A stretch of DNA of 64,000 bases from Candidatus Wolfebacteria bacterium GW2011_GWA1_44_24 (GCA_001001115.1 LCIO01000001.1:6426-70425); one strand, 5' to 3'; counted from the first letter of the stretch, positions 38,427-49,390 are shown. Notes: generated by a model not told the origin, from the sequence alone. Made by a program: numbers and translations.

Positions 38427-38885
38427 TTACTCTATTTTTATTATTTTATATTCGGCTCTGCCTTTTGGCGCGGTGACTTCGATAATATCTCCTACTTTTT
38501 TGCCCAAAAAAGCGCGGCCCAAAGGCGATTCGTTAGAAATCAAATTGGCTTCGGGGCGGGCTTCGTCCGAACCGACAATAGTGTATTTCAAAATCTGATT
38601 ATTTTTTTTCAATTCAACGCTTGAACCAATCTGTACTGAGTCTCTAGCCGATGATTTCTTGATGATAGCGGCATTTCTTAGAACATTTTCTATTTCAATA
38701 ATCCGGCTTTCGACACGAGCCTGTTCGTCTTTAGCCGACGAATATTCAGAGTTTTCCGACAAATCGCCGTATTCTTTGGCGCGTTTAAGCCGTTCGGAAA
38801 TTTCCTGTCTTGCTTCTTTTTTAAGCCGTTCAAGTTCGATTTTCAATTCTTCAAGACGTTCTTTGGTTAAATAATACTTTATCAT
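38427..38885 (-). CDS. greA: transcription elongation factor GreA
   Basis: GDLSENSEY, IS.ESPLG. Confidence 0.95.
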   Translation of the reverse strand: MIKYYLTKERLEELKIELERLKKEARQEISERLKRAKEYGDLSENSEYSSAKDEQARVESRIIEIENVLRNAAIIKKSSARDSVQIGSSVELKKNNQILKYTIVGSDEARPEANLISNESPLGRAFLGKKVGDIIEVTAPKGRAEYKIIKIE

Positions 38886-38887
38886 AT

Positions 38888-39613
38888 TTATTTTAGATTG
38901 TATTTATTCATTATCAGCCACAGTTTGATTTTCACCACTTCCCATAAAACCTGAAAATAATCAGTGGCTTTGACTTTGGAGCCGGCTTTATCAACCCAAG
39001 TCGCCGGCACTTCCTTGATTTTATACCCCATTTTTTTCGCCAAAGCCAAAATTTCAACGTCAAATCCAAATTGATTAATTTTAATCAAAGGGAAAATCCG
39101 TTCGGCCGCTTCTTTTGTAAACGCCTTAAATCCGCATTGAGTATCCCAAATACCGGGCAAAAGAAGCGTTTGAATGAATAAATTCCCGAGATTACCCATC
39201 AATCTTTTATACCACGGCTGAGGCGGAATAAGCTGGGCGCCTTTAATATCTCGCGAAGCAATTACCGCTTGATAGTCCTTGTTTAAATATGGAATCATTT
39301 TCCCGAATTGGTCTATTGAAGTGGAATTATCCGCGTCGGTGAATAATCTGATTTCCCCTTTGGCCTCAAGCATGCCGTGTTTAACCGCTCCGCCTTTGCC
39401 GATGTTTTTTTGACGGATTACCCGCAGATTTTTTATTAAATGAGAAAATCTGCCGGCAATATCATAAGTGGCGTCTTTTGAGCCATCGTCAACCACAATT
39501 ATCTCGTAAGAATAATCGACTTTGGAAAGATGTTTATCAATGTCAATTAAAGTCAACGGCAGGCGCTTGGCTTCATTGTAGGCGGGAATGATGACCGAAA
39601 GATAAGGTTTCAT
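38888..39613 (-). CDS. GT2 polyprenol-phosphate glycosyltransferase (DPM/DPG synthase-like)
   Basis: IIPAYNE, VDDGSKD, GKGGAV, FTDAD, DTQCGFK, FDVE. Confidence 0.9.
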   Translation of the reverse strand: MKPYLSVIIPAYNEAKRLPLTLIDIDKHLSKVDYSYEIIVVDDGSKDATYDIAGRFSHLIKNLRVIRQKNIGKGGAVKHGMLEAKGEIRLFTDADNSTSIDQFGKMIPYLNKDYQAVIASRDIKGAQLIPPQPWYKRLMGNLGNLFIQTLLLPGIWDTQCGFKAFTKEAAERIFPLIKINQFGFDVEILALAKKMGYKIKEVPATWVDKAGSKVKATDYFQVLWEVVKIKLWLIMNKYNLK

Positions 39614-39626
39614 GCAAAATTTTGAT

Positions 39627-40388
39627 TTAATATGTCAATATTTTGGGGCCGGCAATGGTAATCGCGACAGTATGTTCAAAATGAGCTGATAAAGAATTAT
39701 CGGCGGTTGCCCAACTTTCATCCGGCCGCTGGATTATTTTTTCCGAGCCAATTGAAAGCATCGGTTCGATTGCCAAAACCATCCCCGGTTTCAAAAGCAT
39801 TCCTTCTCCGCGTTTGCCGAAGTTATAAACTGTCGGCTCTTCGTGAAGTTTAATTCCGATGCCATGGCCGGTCAAGCCTTTAACGATTTTGAAGCCATAT
39901 TTTTTAGCCGTTGCATTAATGACAAAACCGATATTGCCCAAATGATTTCCCGGCTTAGCGGTTTTAATCGCTTTATCCAAAGCTTCCTTGGTCGCTTTGA
40001 TTAAAAGAGCGGCAATTCTGGAAATATCCCCTATTCCCATAGTCAGAGCCGCGTCAGAATAAAAACCTTGATATTTTACGCCAAAATCAAGCTTTAAGAG
40101 ATCGCCGTTTTTTAATTTATATTCATTCGGAATTCCATGGACAACCACTTCGTTAATTGAAGCGCAAATCGAAGCGCGATACGGATGTTTGGCGCCTGAC
40201 GGCCGATAACCCAAAAAAGCCGGTTCAGCTCCGGCTTCTTTAATAAGTCCAAAAGCTAAACTGTCAAGATATTTCAAATTGACCCCGACTTTTGCCTCTC
40301 CGGAGACCGTTTGAAAAACTTTTCCCAAAATTTTTCCGGAAGCTGAAATTTTTTCGATTTCTTCCGGAGATTTCAACTTAATCATCAA
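39627..40388 (-). CDS. map: methionine aminopeptidase type I
   Basis: SINEVVVHGIP, D.G...D, GHGIG..LHEEP, IEPM, HFEHT. Confidence 0.95.
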   Translation of the reverse strand: MMIKLKSPEEIEKISASGKILGKVFQTVSGEAKVGVNLKYLDSLAFGLIKEAGAEPAFLGYRPSGAKHPYRASICASINEVVVHGIPNEYKLKNGDLLKLDFGVKYQGFYSDAALTMGIGDISRIAALLIKATKEALDKAIKTAKPGNHLGNIGFVINATAKKYGFKIVKGLTGHGIGIKLHEEPTVYNFGKRGEGMLLKPGMVLAIEPMLSIGSEKIIQRPDESWATADNSLSAHFEHTVAITIAGPKILTY

Positions 40389-41079
40389 TGTTTAATTTTC
40401 TCGCTATATTTTGATGAATTTTATACGGTAATGGAGCAGCGCCTATATTCATCACTTTATATTTTCTTCTCTTAAATTCTTTAATTATCGGTTGGGTTCG
40501 TTTTTTGTATTCTTTTAATCTTGTTTTTATTATTTCCGGCTTGTCGAGCGTTCGCGTCCGCAAATTCCCGCCGCAGAAAGGACAATTTTTAAAATTAGAA
40601 ATTGAAGATTTAAAATTTATAATGGGCGCGCCGCAGATTGAACAAATCAAACGATGGCTGTTTCTTTTAATCGATTCTTTTTCCGAAATATTCAGCTTAA
40701 AAATAAAAACTTTTTTCTGACCGTAAAGTTCTTTTAATATATCAATTACCCCTGTTTGTTTTTTATCTCCAAAAGCCTCATAAAAAGTTCTTGGAGAGCC
40801 GCTGAAAATAATATTGGACTCAGTCAATTTTCGGATTTTTTCGCTTACAATTTTCAAAACCCAAAAAGGAGTGTTTAAAAATCCGGCGTCAAACAACTTT
40901 TTTTCGCGTTGGATGATTTTATTATTTTTATTAGCCGGATCATGAACAACTTGTTCAATATATTTTCCGGTGTCAAAATGAATGAGTCCCAGTTTATCCG
41001 CCAATAATTTTGCCTGTGTTCCTTTACCGGAACCCGGCGAACCCATGACGAGTATGGCTTTTTTATTCAAATCCTTCAT
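40378..41079 (-). CDS. adk: adenylate kinase
   Basis: GSPGSGKGTQ; Zn-lid CSIC/CPFC; secY-adk-map synteny. Confidence 0.88.
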   Translation of the reverse strand: MKDLNKKAILVMGSPGSGKGTQAKLLADKLGLIHFDTGKYIEQVVHDPANKNNKIIQREKKLFDAGFLNTPFWVLKIVSEKIRKLTESNIIFSGSPRTFYEAFGDKKQTGVIDILKELYGQKKVFIFKLNISEKESIKRNSHRLICSICGAPIINFKSSISNFKNCPFCGGNLRTRTLDKPEIIKTRLKEYKKRTQPIIKEFKRRKYKVMNIGAAPLPYKIHQNIARKLNIDD

Positions 41080-42334
41080 ATTCTCTCATTACCAATTGAG
41101 AGTTAACTTGCTGCATTATTTCAAGCGCCACGGAAACGACGATTAAAAGCGCCGTTCCGCCAATGGTCAGAAATTTTATGCCGGTTACAATTTGAATCAA
41201 ACTCGGCAAAACCGCTATTAATCCCAAAAAAAGCGCTCCGGACAAAGTCAGTCGGCTGATGATTTTTGACAAAGCAATCGTCGTCGATTCTCCGGGACGG
41301 ATGCCGGCGATGAATCCTCCGGCAGTCTGAAGATTTTTGGAAATTTCTTTTGGGTCGAAAGTAACGGCCGTATAGAAATAAGTGAAAACCACCACTAAAA
41401 CAAAATAGAGCAAAGCGTAAATATATTGATTATTGAAAAATTTGGAGACTAATTCGTTGAATTTCAGCGACAAATCGGAGGAAATCACCGAAGAAATCTG
41501 GGCGGCAAATTGCGGAAAAAGCAGAATAGAAATGGCAAAAATAATCGGAATAACGCCGGCTTGATTGACTTTTAACGGCAGATAACTTTGCGCGCCGCCG
41601 TACATTTTCATTCCCCTGACCCTTTTAGCGTAAGCAATCGGTATTTTCCTTTCGCCCTCCTGAATAAAGACGACGCCGGCAATCACTAAAATCGCCACAA
41701 TAACAAAAGCGATATAAGTCGGCATCATGGACGGATCGTAAGAAACGACGATATTTTTAATAGTGACGGGCAATTGGCTGACGATGCCGGCAAAAATAAT
41801 TAAAGAAATGCCGTTGCCGATTTTCTGTTCGCTTATCAATTCTCCTATCCACAGCAAAATCATCGAGCCGGCGGTAATCAGGACAACATTTCTTATGATT
41901 TCAAACAATTCAAGAGGAGAAACAACTCCTTGGGACATTAATAAATTCAAGAAACCGTAACTTTGGAGAGCGGCTAAAGGCACGGTCAAATAGCGGGAAT
42001 AACGGTTGAATTTCGCCCGGCCAGCCGCTCCTTCTTCGTAATACATTTCTTTCAGGGCGGGAAAAATCATCGTTAAAAGCTGCATTATAATAGTGGCGGT
42101 AATATAAGGAGCGACGCCAAGCATCGCAATTGAAAGATTCTCCAGGGCGCCGCCCGAAAATATGCTTAAAAATCCGAAAAGTTGGTTGGAACCGAAAAAA
42201 TCTCTGAGCCTAGCCGCGTTAATATCGGGAATCGGAACGGCCGAAAAAGCCCTGAAACAAAACAATAAAAAAGCGACAACGAGAATTTTATTGCGTAAAT
42301 CTTTGATTTTAAAAAGTTGAAGAATTTTATTCAT
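41063..42334 (-). CDS. secY: preprotein translocase SecY
   Basis: LGVAPYITATII, GNGISLII, AGVIPIIFA, GIRPG, GGTALLIVV. Confidence 0.97.
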   Translation of the reverse strand: MNKILQLFKIKDLRNKILVVAFLLFCFRAFSAVPIPDINAARLRDFFGSNQLFGFLSIFSGGALENLSIAMLGVAPYITATIIMQLLTMIFPALKEMYYEEGAAGRAKFNRYSRYLTVPLAALQSYGFLNLLMSQGVVSPLELFEIIRNVVLITAGSMILLWIGELISEQKIGNGISLIIFAGIVSQLPVTIKNIVVSYDPSMMPTYIAFVIVAILVIAGVVFIQEGERKIPIAYAKRVRGMKMYGGAQSYLPLKVNQAGVIPIIFAISILLFPQFAAQISSVISSDLSLKFNELVSKFFNNQYIYALLYFVLVVVFTYFYTAVTFDPKEISKNLQTAGGFIAGIRPGESTTIALSKIISRLTLSGALFLGLIAVLPSLIQIVTGIKFLTIGGTALLIVVSVALEIMQQVNSQLVMREYEGFE

Positions 42335-42753
42335 GGCAGGATTTTGCCGCCGGCAGCTTCAATCTTTTTTTTAGCGCTTTCCGAAATTCCCAATTTTTCC
42401 ACCCGAAAGGATTTATTAACCTCTCCTTTACCCAATATTTTTACCCTTTTATCGGACTTCCTGATAAAGCCGGCCTCTAAAAGAGATTCTTTGCTTATTA
42501 TATCTCCTTTAATTTTTTTTTCTAAATCGCCGACGTTAACAACCGCCGGTTTTGATTCCAACGGCTTGTTTTTAAAACCCCGTAATTTCGGCAAACGCTG
42601 AATTAAATCTCTTTCCGCCGGCCTGATTCGATGGCCGGAACGGGATTTCTGCCCCTTGGTGCCACGGCCCGAAGTGGTGCCGCGCTTTCCACCGCGACCG
42701 ACCCGTTTTTTATTTCTGTTTTTATGTAACGGTTTTAATTGATGTAATTGCAT
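42331..42753 (-). CDS. rplO: 50S ribosomal protein uL15
   Basis: RVGRG..GTTSGRG.KGQKSR, KILG.G. Confidence 0.95.
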   Translation of the reverse strand: MQLHQLKPLHKNRNKKRVGRGGKRGTTSGRGTKGQKSRSGHRIRPAERDLIQRLPKLRGFKNKPLESKPAVVNVGDLEKKIKGDIISKESLLEAGFIRKSDKRVKILGKGEVNKSFRVEKLGISESAKKKIEAAGGKILP

Positions 42754-42757
42754 ATGG

Positions 42758-43201
42758 TCAAATTTTTATTTTTTTAAGCGCTTCTAAAGTCGCCAAAGCG
42801 TTCGTCAATTTATTTTTTGTGCCTCCCAGACACTTGGCTGTCGCGTCCCTGACGCCGGCCAAAAGAAGAACCGTTCTGGCCGAACCGCCGGCTTTCAGGC
42901 CGTGTCCGCTTTTGGCGGGTTTTATCAAAATCCGAGCGGCGGAAAATTTGGCGTCAACTTCATGAGGAATGGTTTTATTTTTCAGTTTTATTTCAATCAA
43001 ATTTTTTTTGGCGCTTGTTTTGGCCTTATCAACGGATTGAGCCACATCCAATCCTTTGCCCACGCCGATGCCGATGCGGCCTTTTTCATTGCCGATAACG
43101 ACAGTGGCGCGAAAACGCATGCGTTTGCCGCCGGCCATTACCCGTGTGACGCGCCTTAAATCCAAAACTTTTTCTTTAAATTCGCTTTGTTTCTGTTGCA
43201 T
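42758..43201 (-). CDS. rpsE: 30S ribosomal protein uS5
   Basis: RVTRVMAGGKR, GIGVGK. Confidence 0.95.
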   Translation of the reverse strand: MQQKQSEFKEKVLDLRRVTRVMAGGKRMRFRATVVIGNEKGRIGIGVGKGLDVAQSVDKAKTSAKKNLIEIKLKNKTIPHEVDAKFSAARILIKPAKSGHGLKAGGSARTVLLLAGVRDATAKCLGGTKNKLTNALATLEALKKIKI

Positions 43202-43208
43202 AATAAGT

Positions 43209-43562
43209 TTACAACTTCAATCCTCCCTTTCTGGCCCCCTCGGCAATTGCTTTTACTCGACCGTGATATTTATAAAAACTTCTGTCAAAAACCGCTTTCT
43301 CAATGCCTTTTTCAACGGCTTTCTTGGCAATTAATTCTCCTAATTGCTCGGCCAAAACCGTTCTTTTATCTTTCTTCTTTAATTCCCGCGTTGAGGCGCT
43401 TGCTAGGGTGTTGCCTTTCTCGTCGTCTATCAGCTGAATACAAGTATAACGATTGCCGCGGAAAACCGAAAGTCGCGGCTTGCTGGCAGTGCCGAAAATT
43501 TTTGCTCGCGTCCGCATTTTTCTGCTTATTCTTTTTTGATTTAATAATTTTCTTTTATTCAT
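43209..43562 (-). CDS. rplR: 50S ribosomal protein uL18
   Basis: PRLSVFR, FDR..YKYHGRV, GGLKL. Confidence 0.95.
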   Translation of the reverse strand: MNKRKLLNQKRISRKMRTRAKIFGTASKPRLSVFRGNRYTCIQLIDDEKGNTLASASTRELKKKDKRTVLAEQLGELIAKKAVEKGIEKAVFDRSFYKYHGRVKAIAEGARKGGLKL

Positions 43563-43564
43563 AA

Positions 43565-44110
43565 TTATTTGGCTGTTGCCGCCGCCTTTTTGCCCTCTTT
43601 CCTTCTGATGATTTCTCCCCGATATTTAATTCCTTTACCCTTGTACGGTTCGGGTTTTTTCAGAGACCTGATCTCCGCGGCTGTTTTTCCGACCAATGCC
43701 TTATCAATGCCGGAAACTTTTATGATATTTTTTTCAACCGAGATTTTTATTCCTTCCGGCGGAATAAATTTTACCGGATGGGAAAAACCGATATTAAACG
43801 TTAAATTGTTCCCTTCCGCCGAAACTTTATACCCCACTCCTTCTATTTCCAATATTTTGGAAAAACCGTCTTTTACTCCTATAATAGCATTCTGAGCCAA
43901 AGCTCTTGTCGTCCCCCAATTGGCTTTTGCCTGCCGAGAATCATTTACAACATCAAAAGAAAGCGTGTTATCTTTCAATTCCGCTTTTATAAAAGGTAAA
44001 ATCTCAACTCTTAAGGAACCGTTTTTTCCCTTAAATTCCAAGACATTGCCATGAATTTTTATTTCAACCTCTTGCGGTATATTTATCGGTTTTTTGCCTA
44101 TTTTGCTCAT
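43565..44110 (-). CDS. rplF: 50S ribosomal protein uL6
   Basis: MSKIGK, GVGYK, GFSHP, PEPYKGKG. Confidence 0.96.
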   Translation of the reverse strand: MSKIGKKPINIPQEVEIKIHGNVLEFKGKNGSLRVEILPFIKAELKDNTLSFDVVNDSRQAKANWGTTRALAQNAIIGVKDGFSKILEIEGVGYKVSAEGNNLTFNIGFSHPVKFIPPEGIKISVEKNIIKVSGIDKALVGKTAAEIRSLKKPEPYKGKGIKYRGEIIRRKEGKKAAATAK

Positions 44111-44113
44111 ATT

Positions 44114-44494
44114 TTACCAGATTTCAAATAACATCTCTCCGCCGACTTTTTCTTTTTTTGCCTCTTTATTGGTTAAAACTCCTTTCGGCGTTGAAACCAC
44201 CGACATTCCATAACCGCGTTTGACCGGCTTTATTTTTTCATATCCGACATAAATCCGACGGGAAGGCTTGCTGATAAATTTCATCCCGTTAATTGCTCCC
44301 TTGCCGTCAATATATTTCAACTTAACATCCAAAATCCGTTTTACACCCCGCCCTTTTTTTTCAAAACCGTCTATATAATTATTGGCGCTTAAAATTTTAA
44401 CAATCGCTTCGTCAATTTTTGAAAAAACGGCCTTGATATTTTCTTTTTTACCCATTTGAGCGTTTTTAATTTTAGTCAGAAGATTAATATACAT
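44114..44494 (-). CDS. rpsH: 30S ribosomal protein uS8
   Basis: LLTKIKNA, SKPSRRIY, STPKG, GGE; start corrected to ATG 44494. Confidence 0.93.
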   Translation of the reverse strand: MYINLLTKIKNAQMGKKENIKAVFSKIDEAIVKILSANNYIDGFEKKGRGVKRILDVKLKYIDGKGAINGMKFISKPSRRIYVGYEKIKPVKRGYGMSVVSTPKGVLTNKEAKKEKVGGEMLFEIW

Positions 44495-44499
44495 AATTA

Positions 44500-44685
44500 T
44501 TACCAGCTTGCTTTTTTTACTCCCGGTATTTGACCCCGGGAAGCCATTTCCCTGAAACAAATTCGGCAAAGACCGAAGTCCCTAAGGAATCCTCTTTTCC
44601 GACCGCATTTAAAACATCGACGGACTGTCCGGCTCGGATATTTCGGTTTTTTTTGAGCTCTCGCGATTACTGATTGTTTAGCCAT
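44500..44685 (-). CDS. rpsN: 30S ribosomal protein uS14 (Zn-binding type Z)
   Basis: RC.KCGR...[14 protein letters not shown]. Confidence 0.95.
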   Translation of the reverse strand: MAKQSVIARAQKKPKYPSRTVRRCFKCGRKRGFLRDFGLCRICFREMASRGQIPGVKKASW

Positions 44686-45235
44686 GTTTTTTAAACGGTA
44701 TTCCCAATAATTTATATAATTCTATCGCCTCTTCTTTTGTTCCGGCATTACTTACAATATTGATTTCCAATCCAAAATCAACTTTTGAAGTTTCAATATT
44801 GATTTCCGGAAACACAACATGTTCTTTAAAGCCGACCGTTAAATTTCCTTTTTCATCAACGCTTTTTAAATCGATTCCTCTAAAATCTTTAACGCGGGGA
44901 AAAACTATATTTATCAATTTTTCCAAAAAATCGCGCATTCTCCGACGTCGAAGCGTTATTTTTAAACCAACAATTTGCCCTTTCCTGATTTTAAAGCCAG
45001 CAATGGATTTTTTGGCCGGCGTCGGGGCCGGTTTTTGGCCGGTGATTGAAGTTAAATCTTTTATTATTTCGGGCAAGAGTTTTTCTTCAAAATTCGGCTG
45101 CTGACTTAATCTTCCTATTCCGATATTAACCACGATTTTCTCCAATCTTGGAGCTATCAGGTCATTTTTATAACCGAATTTTTCTTTCATTTTTGGCAAA
45201 ACTTCCTTATGGTATTTGTTTATTGTCGCAATCAT
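44678..45235 (-). CDS. rplE: 50S ribosomal protein uL5
   Basis: [25 protein letters not shown]. Confidence 0.96.
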   Translation of the reverse strand: MIATINKYHKEVLPKMKEKFGYKNDLIAPRLEKIVVNIGIGRLSQQPNFEEKLLPEIIKDLTSITGQKPAPTPAKKSIAGFKIRKGQIVGLKITLRRRRMRDFLEKLINIVFPRVKDFRGIDLKSVDEKGNLTVGFKEHVVFPEINIETSKVDFGLEINIVSNAGTKEEAIELYKLLGIPFKKHG

Positions 45236-45238
45236 AAT

Positions 45239-45544
45239 TTATATTTTTGCTCCGCATTTTTTGCAAACTCTTGACTTTTGTTCACCCTCAAAACGATATC
45301 CGATTCTTGCGGCTTTGCCGCAAGACGAACAAACCAGCATAACATTGGAAGCGTCAATTGGTTTTGGCACCAGAATCGTCTGGCCTTTTTCTCCTTGAGT
45401 TTTCGGCCGGACATGTTTCTTGTATAAATTTAATCCTTCAACGATGATTTTTCTTTCTTCCGGCAAAACTTTTAAAATTTTTCCCGTCTTTCCCCTGTCT
45501 TTCCCGACAATCATTTTTATTGTGTCGTTTTTATGAATTTTCAT
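45239..45544 (-). CDS. rplX: 50S ribosomal protein uL24
   Basis: [17 protein letters not shown]-terminal Cys pairs. Confidence 0.95.
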   Translation of the reverse strand: MKIHKNDTIKMIVGKDRGKTGKILKVLPEERKIIVEGLNLYKKHVRPKTQGEKGQTILVPKPIDASNVMLVCSSCGKAARIGYRFEGEQKSRVCKKCGAKI

Positions 45545-45909
45545 ACTATTTCTTCCGCTGTTGTCACTATTTTTTCAAACCCCTTTTCTTTCAATTCTCT
45601 TGGAATTGGACCGAAAATCCTCGTGGCTCGCGGTTCATTCTTGTCATCAATCAAAACAGCCGCATTTTCATCGAAACGCACAAAAGAACCGTCTTCCCGG
45701 CGCAATGATTTTTTTTGCCTCACAATAACCGCTTTGACAATTTCTTTCTTCTTAACTGCTTTGCGCGGCTCGGCCGTTTGAACCGAAGCCACGATAATAT
45801 CGCCGATTTCGGCGTAACGGCGCCGCGTTCCTCCTAAAACGCGAAAACAACGGATAATTTTAGCTCCGGAATTATCGGCAACTTTTAAAATACTTCTTTC
45901 CTGTATCAT
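45541..45909 (-). CDS. rplN: 50S ribosomal protein uL14
   Basis: VADNSGA, FDENAAV, TRIFGP. Confidence 0.97.
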   Translation of the reverse strand: MIQERSILKVADNSGAKIIRCFRVLGGTRRRYAEIGDIIVASVQTAEPRKAVKKKEIVKAVIVRQKKSLRREDGSFVRFDENAAVLIDDKNEPRATRIFGPIPRELKEKGFEKIVTTAEEIV

Positions 45910-46160
45910 AAATTATGATTGTTTTTATTTTCTATTTTTCCGATTATCTTCCACCTCTTCTCCTTAGAAAGCGGTTTTGTTTCTTCGATGATTACCCCTT
46001 CTCCGATTTTATATTCGTTATTTTCGTCGTGGACTTTGAATTTTTTTGTCGCCTTATAATATTTCTTATAAAGCGGATGTTTTTTGAGGCGCGTTATTGC
46101 CACGACGCGGGTTTTATTCATTTTGTCCGAAACAATTATTCCTTGCAGTTTTCTTTTCAT
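45906..46160 (-). CDS. rpsQ: 30S ribosomal protein uS17
   Basis: [24 protein letters not shown]. Confidence 0.95.
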   Translation of the reverse strand: MKRKLQGIIVSDKMNKTRVVAITRLKKHPLYKKYYKATKKFKVHDENNEYKIGEGVIIEETKPLSKEKRWKIIGKIENKNNHNL

Positions 46161-46348
46161 TGCTTATTTATTATCGTTAATATTCTCGCTATCGCCCTTT
46201 TTGTTTCTTTTATTTCTCTGATATTCTTCACTTTTCCTTGAAATAAATCAAATTTTAATTGCCTTAACCGTTCATAATAATCGGCTAGATTTTTTTGAAG
46301 TTCCGACAGCGGTTTATTTTTAAATTGTTGAAATTCTTTGCGTTTCAT
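46157..46348 (-). CDS. rpmC: 50S ribosomal protein uL29
   Basis: LKF...IARILT; position between rplP and rpsQ. Confidence 0.9.
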   Translation of the reverse strand: MKRKEFQQFKNKPLSELQKNLADYYERLRQLKFDLFQGKVKNIREIKETKRAIARILTIINKQ

Positions 46349-46759
46349 TTATTTTATGATAATTCTGGTTTTTACCGGCAATTTATGGCCCGCTCTTCTC
46401 AGCGCTTCTTTAGCTGTTTCTTTATCAACGCCATCTATCTCGAATAAAATCCTTCCGGCTCTTACCGGGAAAACATAATGGTCAACGCTTCCCTTTCCTC
46501 CGCCCATCGTCACTTCCGGCGGCCTTTTTGTCACCGGTTTATCGGGAAATATTCTTATCCAAACCTTGCCGCCTCTCTTGGTAAAATGAGAAATGGCTTT
46601 TCTGGCGGCTTCAATCTGTCTTGAATTAATCCAAAAATTGCCCAAAGATTGCAGACCGAAAGAGCCGAAATCCAAATTAATTCCTCTGGTTTCAATTTTG
46701 CGTCCCAACGATCTTCCCTTCTGCCATTTTCGATGTTTTACTTTTTTAGGCATCAACAT
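46349..46759 (-). CDS. rplP: 50S ribosomal protein uL16
   Basis: MLMPK, QIEAAR, IFPDKP, MGGGKG. Confidence 0.96.
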   Translation of the reverse strand: MLMPKKVKHRKWQKGRSLGRKIETRGINLDFGSFGLQSLGNFWINSRQIEAARKAISHFTKRGGKVWIRIFPDKPVTKRPPEVTMGGGKGSVDHYVFPVRAGRILFEIDGVDKETAKEALRRAGHKLPVKTRIIIK

Positions 46760-46760
46760 A

Positions 46761-47429
46761 TTATTTATTGAATATATCTCCTTTATAGGCCCAGACTTTT
46801 ATTCCGATTGTTCCGTAGGTTGTGTAAGCCGTTGCTTGACCATAATCAATGTTGGCCCGCAATGTCTGAAGCGGCAAACGGCCTCTTGACAGTTGTTCCG
46901 TTCTGGCAATTTCCGCTCCATCCAATCGACCGGCAACCTTTATTCTCGCTCCTTTGATTTCTTTATTGGCCATTACGGCGTCAATATGTTTCTTGATCGT
47001 CCGGCGAAAAGGCATTCTTTTTTCAAAATCCCAGGCGATATTTTGAGCGACAACGGAAGCTGAAATTTCCGAACGCTTCAATTCTTCAATATTCAAATTC
47101 AAACTAAATGACTCGGCAACGCTTTTTTTCTTCCTTAATTTGTTCAGGAAGGATTCGATTGCTTTTATCAAATCTTCTATCCCTTTGCCTCCTTTGCCGA
47201 TTGCCAATCCCGGGCGGCTGACTTTAACGGAGACTTTATATTTGTTTCCCATTCTTTCAATATCGATTTTATCGATGCCGGAAGTTCCTATTTTTTTTTC
47301 AATAATTGCTCTAATCAAAACATCCTCTTCCAATAATCGCTGAAAGTTGAATTTTTTTGGAAACCATCGACTGTTCCAATCTTTGATAATTCCCAATCTT
47401 AATGAATTTGGCCTGATTTTATGTCCCAT
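46761..47429 (-). CDS. rpsC: 30S ribosomal protein uS3
   Basis: [22 protein letters not shown]. Confidence 0.96.
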   Translation of the reverse strand: MGHKIRPNSLRLGIIKDWNSRWFPKKFNFQRLLEEDVLIRAIIEKKIGTSGIDKIDIERMGNKYKVSVKVSRPGLAIGKGGKGIEDLIKAIESFLNKLRKKKSVAESFSLNLNIEELKRSEISASVVAQNIAWDFEKRMPFRRTIKKHIDAVMANKEIKGARIKVAGRLDGAEIARTEQLSRGRLPLQTLRANIDYGQATAYTTYGTIGIKVWAYKGDIFNK

Positions 47430-47437
47430 AATCTTAT

Positions 47438-47947
47438 TTATACCGATTTTCTTCTGAAAATTCTTCTCATAAATCCCTGAGCTTGCGGTTTCGCTTCTTT
47501 TTTGATTTCTTCGATTTTCTGTTTTTGTTCGGCTTTCTCTTTTTTGATTTTTTCAGCTTCTCTCTTTTTGATTTTTTCCGGTTTTACGATTTTAAATCTT
47601 GTTTCTTTTGATTTTTCCGATTCTCCCAAAATCAAAGTGATATGGCTGGTTTTTTTCTGAATTGGCGTTGCCCGACCCTGCGCTCTTGGCATAAATCTTT
47701 TAAGCATCGGTCCTTGGTCGACAAATATGCTTTTGACAAATAAATTATTCTCTTTCAAATTTTTTTCTTTGCCAGCCGCAATAGCTGAGCGCAAAAGTTT
47801 AAGCAACGGCTCTTTGGCTTTTCTTGGATTTATCAAAAGCTGAGCTTCAGCTTCGGAAATCGACAGTCCTTTCAATAAGTTGGCAACCAACCGCACTTTT
47901 CGCGGCGCCATTCTTAAATAATTCAATTGCGCTTTTTGTTCTTTCAT
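47438..47947 (-). CDS. rplV: 50S ribosomal protein uL22 with Lys/Glu-rich C-terminal extension
   Basis: APRKVRLVA, RAQGRA..I.K.TSHIT. Confidence 0.95.
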   Translation of the reverse strand: MKEQKAQLNYLRMAPRKVRLVANLLKGLSISEAEAQLLINPRKAKEPLLKLLRSAIAAGKEKNLKENNLFVKSIFVDQGPMLKRFMPRAQGRATPIQKKTSHITLILGESEKSKETRFKIVKPEKIKKREAEKIKKEKAEQKQKIEEIKKEAKPQAQGFMRRIFRRKSV

Positions 47948-47953
47948 ATTATT

Positions 47954-48259
47954 TTATTGCTTCGCCGGCTGTCCTTCCGCCGATTTTTCCAATTCTTTTT
48001 GCATTCTTCCTCCATGCCTAATGAATTTTCTTGTCGGAGAAAACTCTCCCAGCCGATGACCTATCATTTCTTCGGCGATTTTCACGGAAATAAAATCTTT
48101 GCCGTTATGCACTCCAAAAGTAAAACCGACCATTTCCGGAGAAATTTCCGAATCCCTGGACCAGGTTTTAATAATTTCCTTGCCGCCGGATTTCAATTTT
48201 AATATTTTTTTCAACAATTTTTGGTCAATATAAGGACCTTTTTTTGACGACCTACCCAT
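47954..48259 (-). CDS. rpsS: 30S ribosomal protein uS19
   Basis: [22 protein letters not shown]. Confidence 0.96.
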   Translation of the reverse strand: MGRSSKKGPYIDQKLLKKILKLKSGGKEIIKTWSRDSEISPEMVGFTFGVHNGKDFISVKIAEEMIGHRLGEFSPTRKFIRHGGRMQKELEKSAEGQPAKQ

Positions 48260-48260
48260 A

Positions 48261-49082
48261 TTATTTGCGTTTTTCGATTATCATTTTATTCGACCACTTC
48301 TTTCTGTTTCTCGTTTTTCTTCCTCCAGTGACCTTCCCCCATAAAGTTTTTGGTTTTCTGGTTCCTCTGGGCTGTCTTCCTTCCCCTCCGCCATAAGGAT
48401 GATCAACCGGATTCATAGCCGTGCCTCTGACCGTAGGTCTTATTCCCAGCCATCTTGAACGGCCGGCTTTGCCGATATTTGTCAAATTCCAATCGGGATT
48501 GGAAACTTGTCCCAATGAAGCGAAATTATCCCATTTTATTTTTCTGATTTCTCCGGAAGAAAGTTTCAGGTGAGTCCAGCCGTTTTCCTGCGCCAAAACT
48601 TCGCCATAAGAACCGGCTGACCTTGCTAATTGCCCGCCGGTGCCCTTATTCAATTCGACATTGTGGACAAAATAACCGACCGGAATATTTTTGAGCGCTA
48701 ATCGATTGCTTTCTTTAAGCGGAGCGTTTTCTGAAGTAATAATTTCTTGACCCACCTTCATGTCTTTCGAAGCCAGAACATATCTTCGTTCGCCGTCTTT
48801 ATAAACAATCAAAGCGATGAAAGCCGTCCTGTATGGGTCATATTCCAGAGTTTCAACGCGACCCGAAATATTTAATTTATCCTGTTTAAAATCAATAAGC
48901 CGGTAAAGTTTTTTATTCCCGCCCCCTTGATGACGAGTCGTGATTCTTCCCTGATTATTGCGTCCGCTTTTTGAAGAAATTTTTATGACGAGTTTTTTAA
49001 ACGGCTCAGCCGCGCTTAAAACGCCGTAATCAACGGTTGTCATTTGCCTTCTTGATGGAGTTGTTGGAGAATATTTCTTCAT
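48261..49082 (-). CDS. rplB: 50S ribosomal protein uL2
   Basis: [29 protein letters not shown]. Confidence 0.97.
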   Translation of the reverse strand: MKKYSPTTPSRRQMTTVDYGVLSAAEPFKKLVIKISSKSGRNNQGRITTRHQGGGNKKLYRLIDFKQDKLNISGRVETLEYDPYRTAFIALIVYKDGERRYVLASKDMKVGQEIITSENAPLKESNRLALKNIPVGYFVHNVELNKGTGGQLARSAGSYGEVLAQENGWTHLKLSSGEIRKIKWDNFASLGQVSNPDWNLTNIGKAGRSRWLGIRPTVRGTAMNPVDHPYGGGEGRQPRGTRKPKTLWGKVTGGRKTRNRKKWSNKMIIEKRK

Positions 49083-49085
49083 ATT

Positions 49086-49388
49086 TTATGTCGGCATTAC
49101 TTCTATTTTATGACCCTTCTTCAATGTTACGACGGCTTTTTTCTTACCCGGAATTCTGCCGATGCTTTTCCCGAAACGTCGAATTTTCCCTTTAATGTTT
49201 ATGACATTAACTTCAGCCACTTTTACGCCGTAAATTGATTCTATGGCTTTTTTAACCTCCGGCTTATTGGCTTTCCCGTCAACCACAAAAATATATTTCC
49301 TTAAGGGTGATAGACTGGCGGCGCGTTCGGTTATCCACGGCTGTTTTATTAAATGCTTTTTTAGTTTTTGTTTAACCGCGTTATTCAT
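49086..49388 (-). CDS. rplW: 50S ribosomal protein uL23
   Basis: P.ITE, ANK.EVKKA, KKAVVTL. Confidence 0.94.
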   Translation of the reverse strand: MNNAVKQKLKKHLIKQPWITERAASLSPLRKYIFVVDGKANKPEVKKAIESIYGVKVAEVNVINIKGKIRRFGKSIGRIPGKKKAVVTLKKGHKIEVMPT

Positions 49389-49390
49389 GA

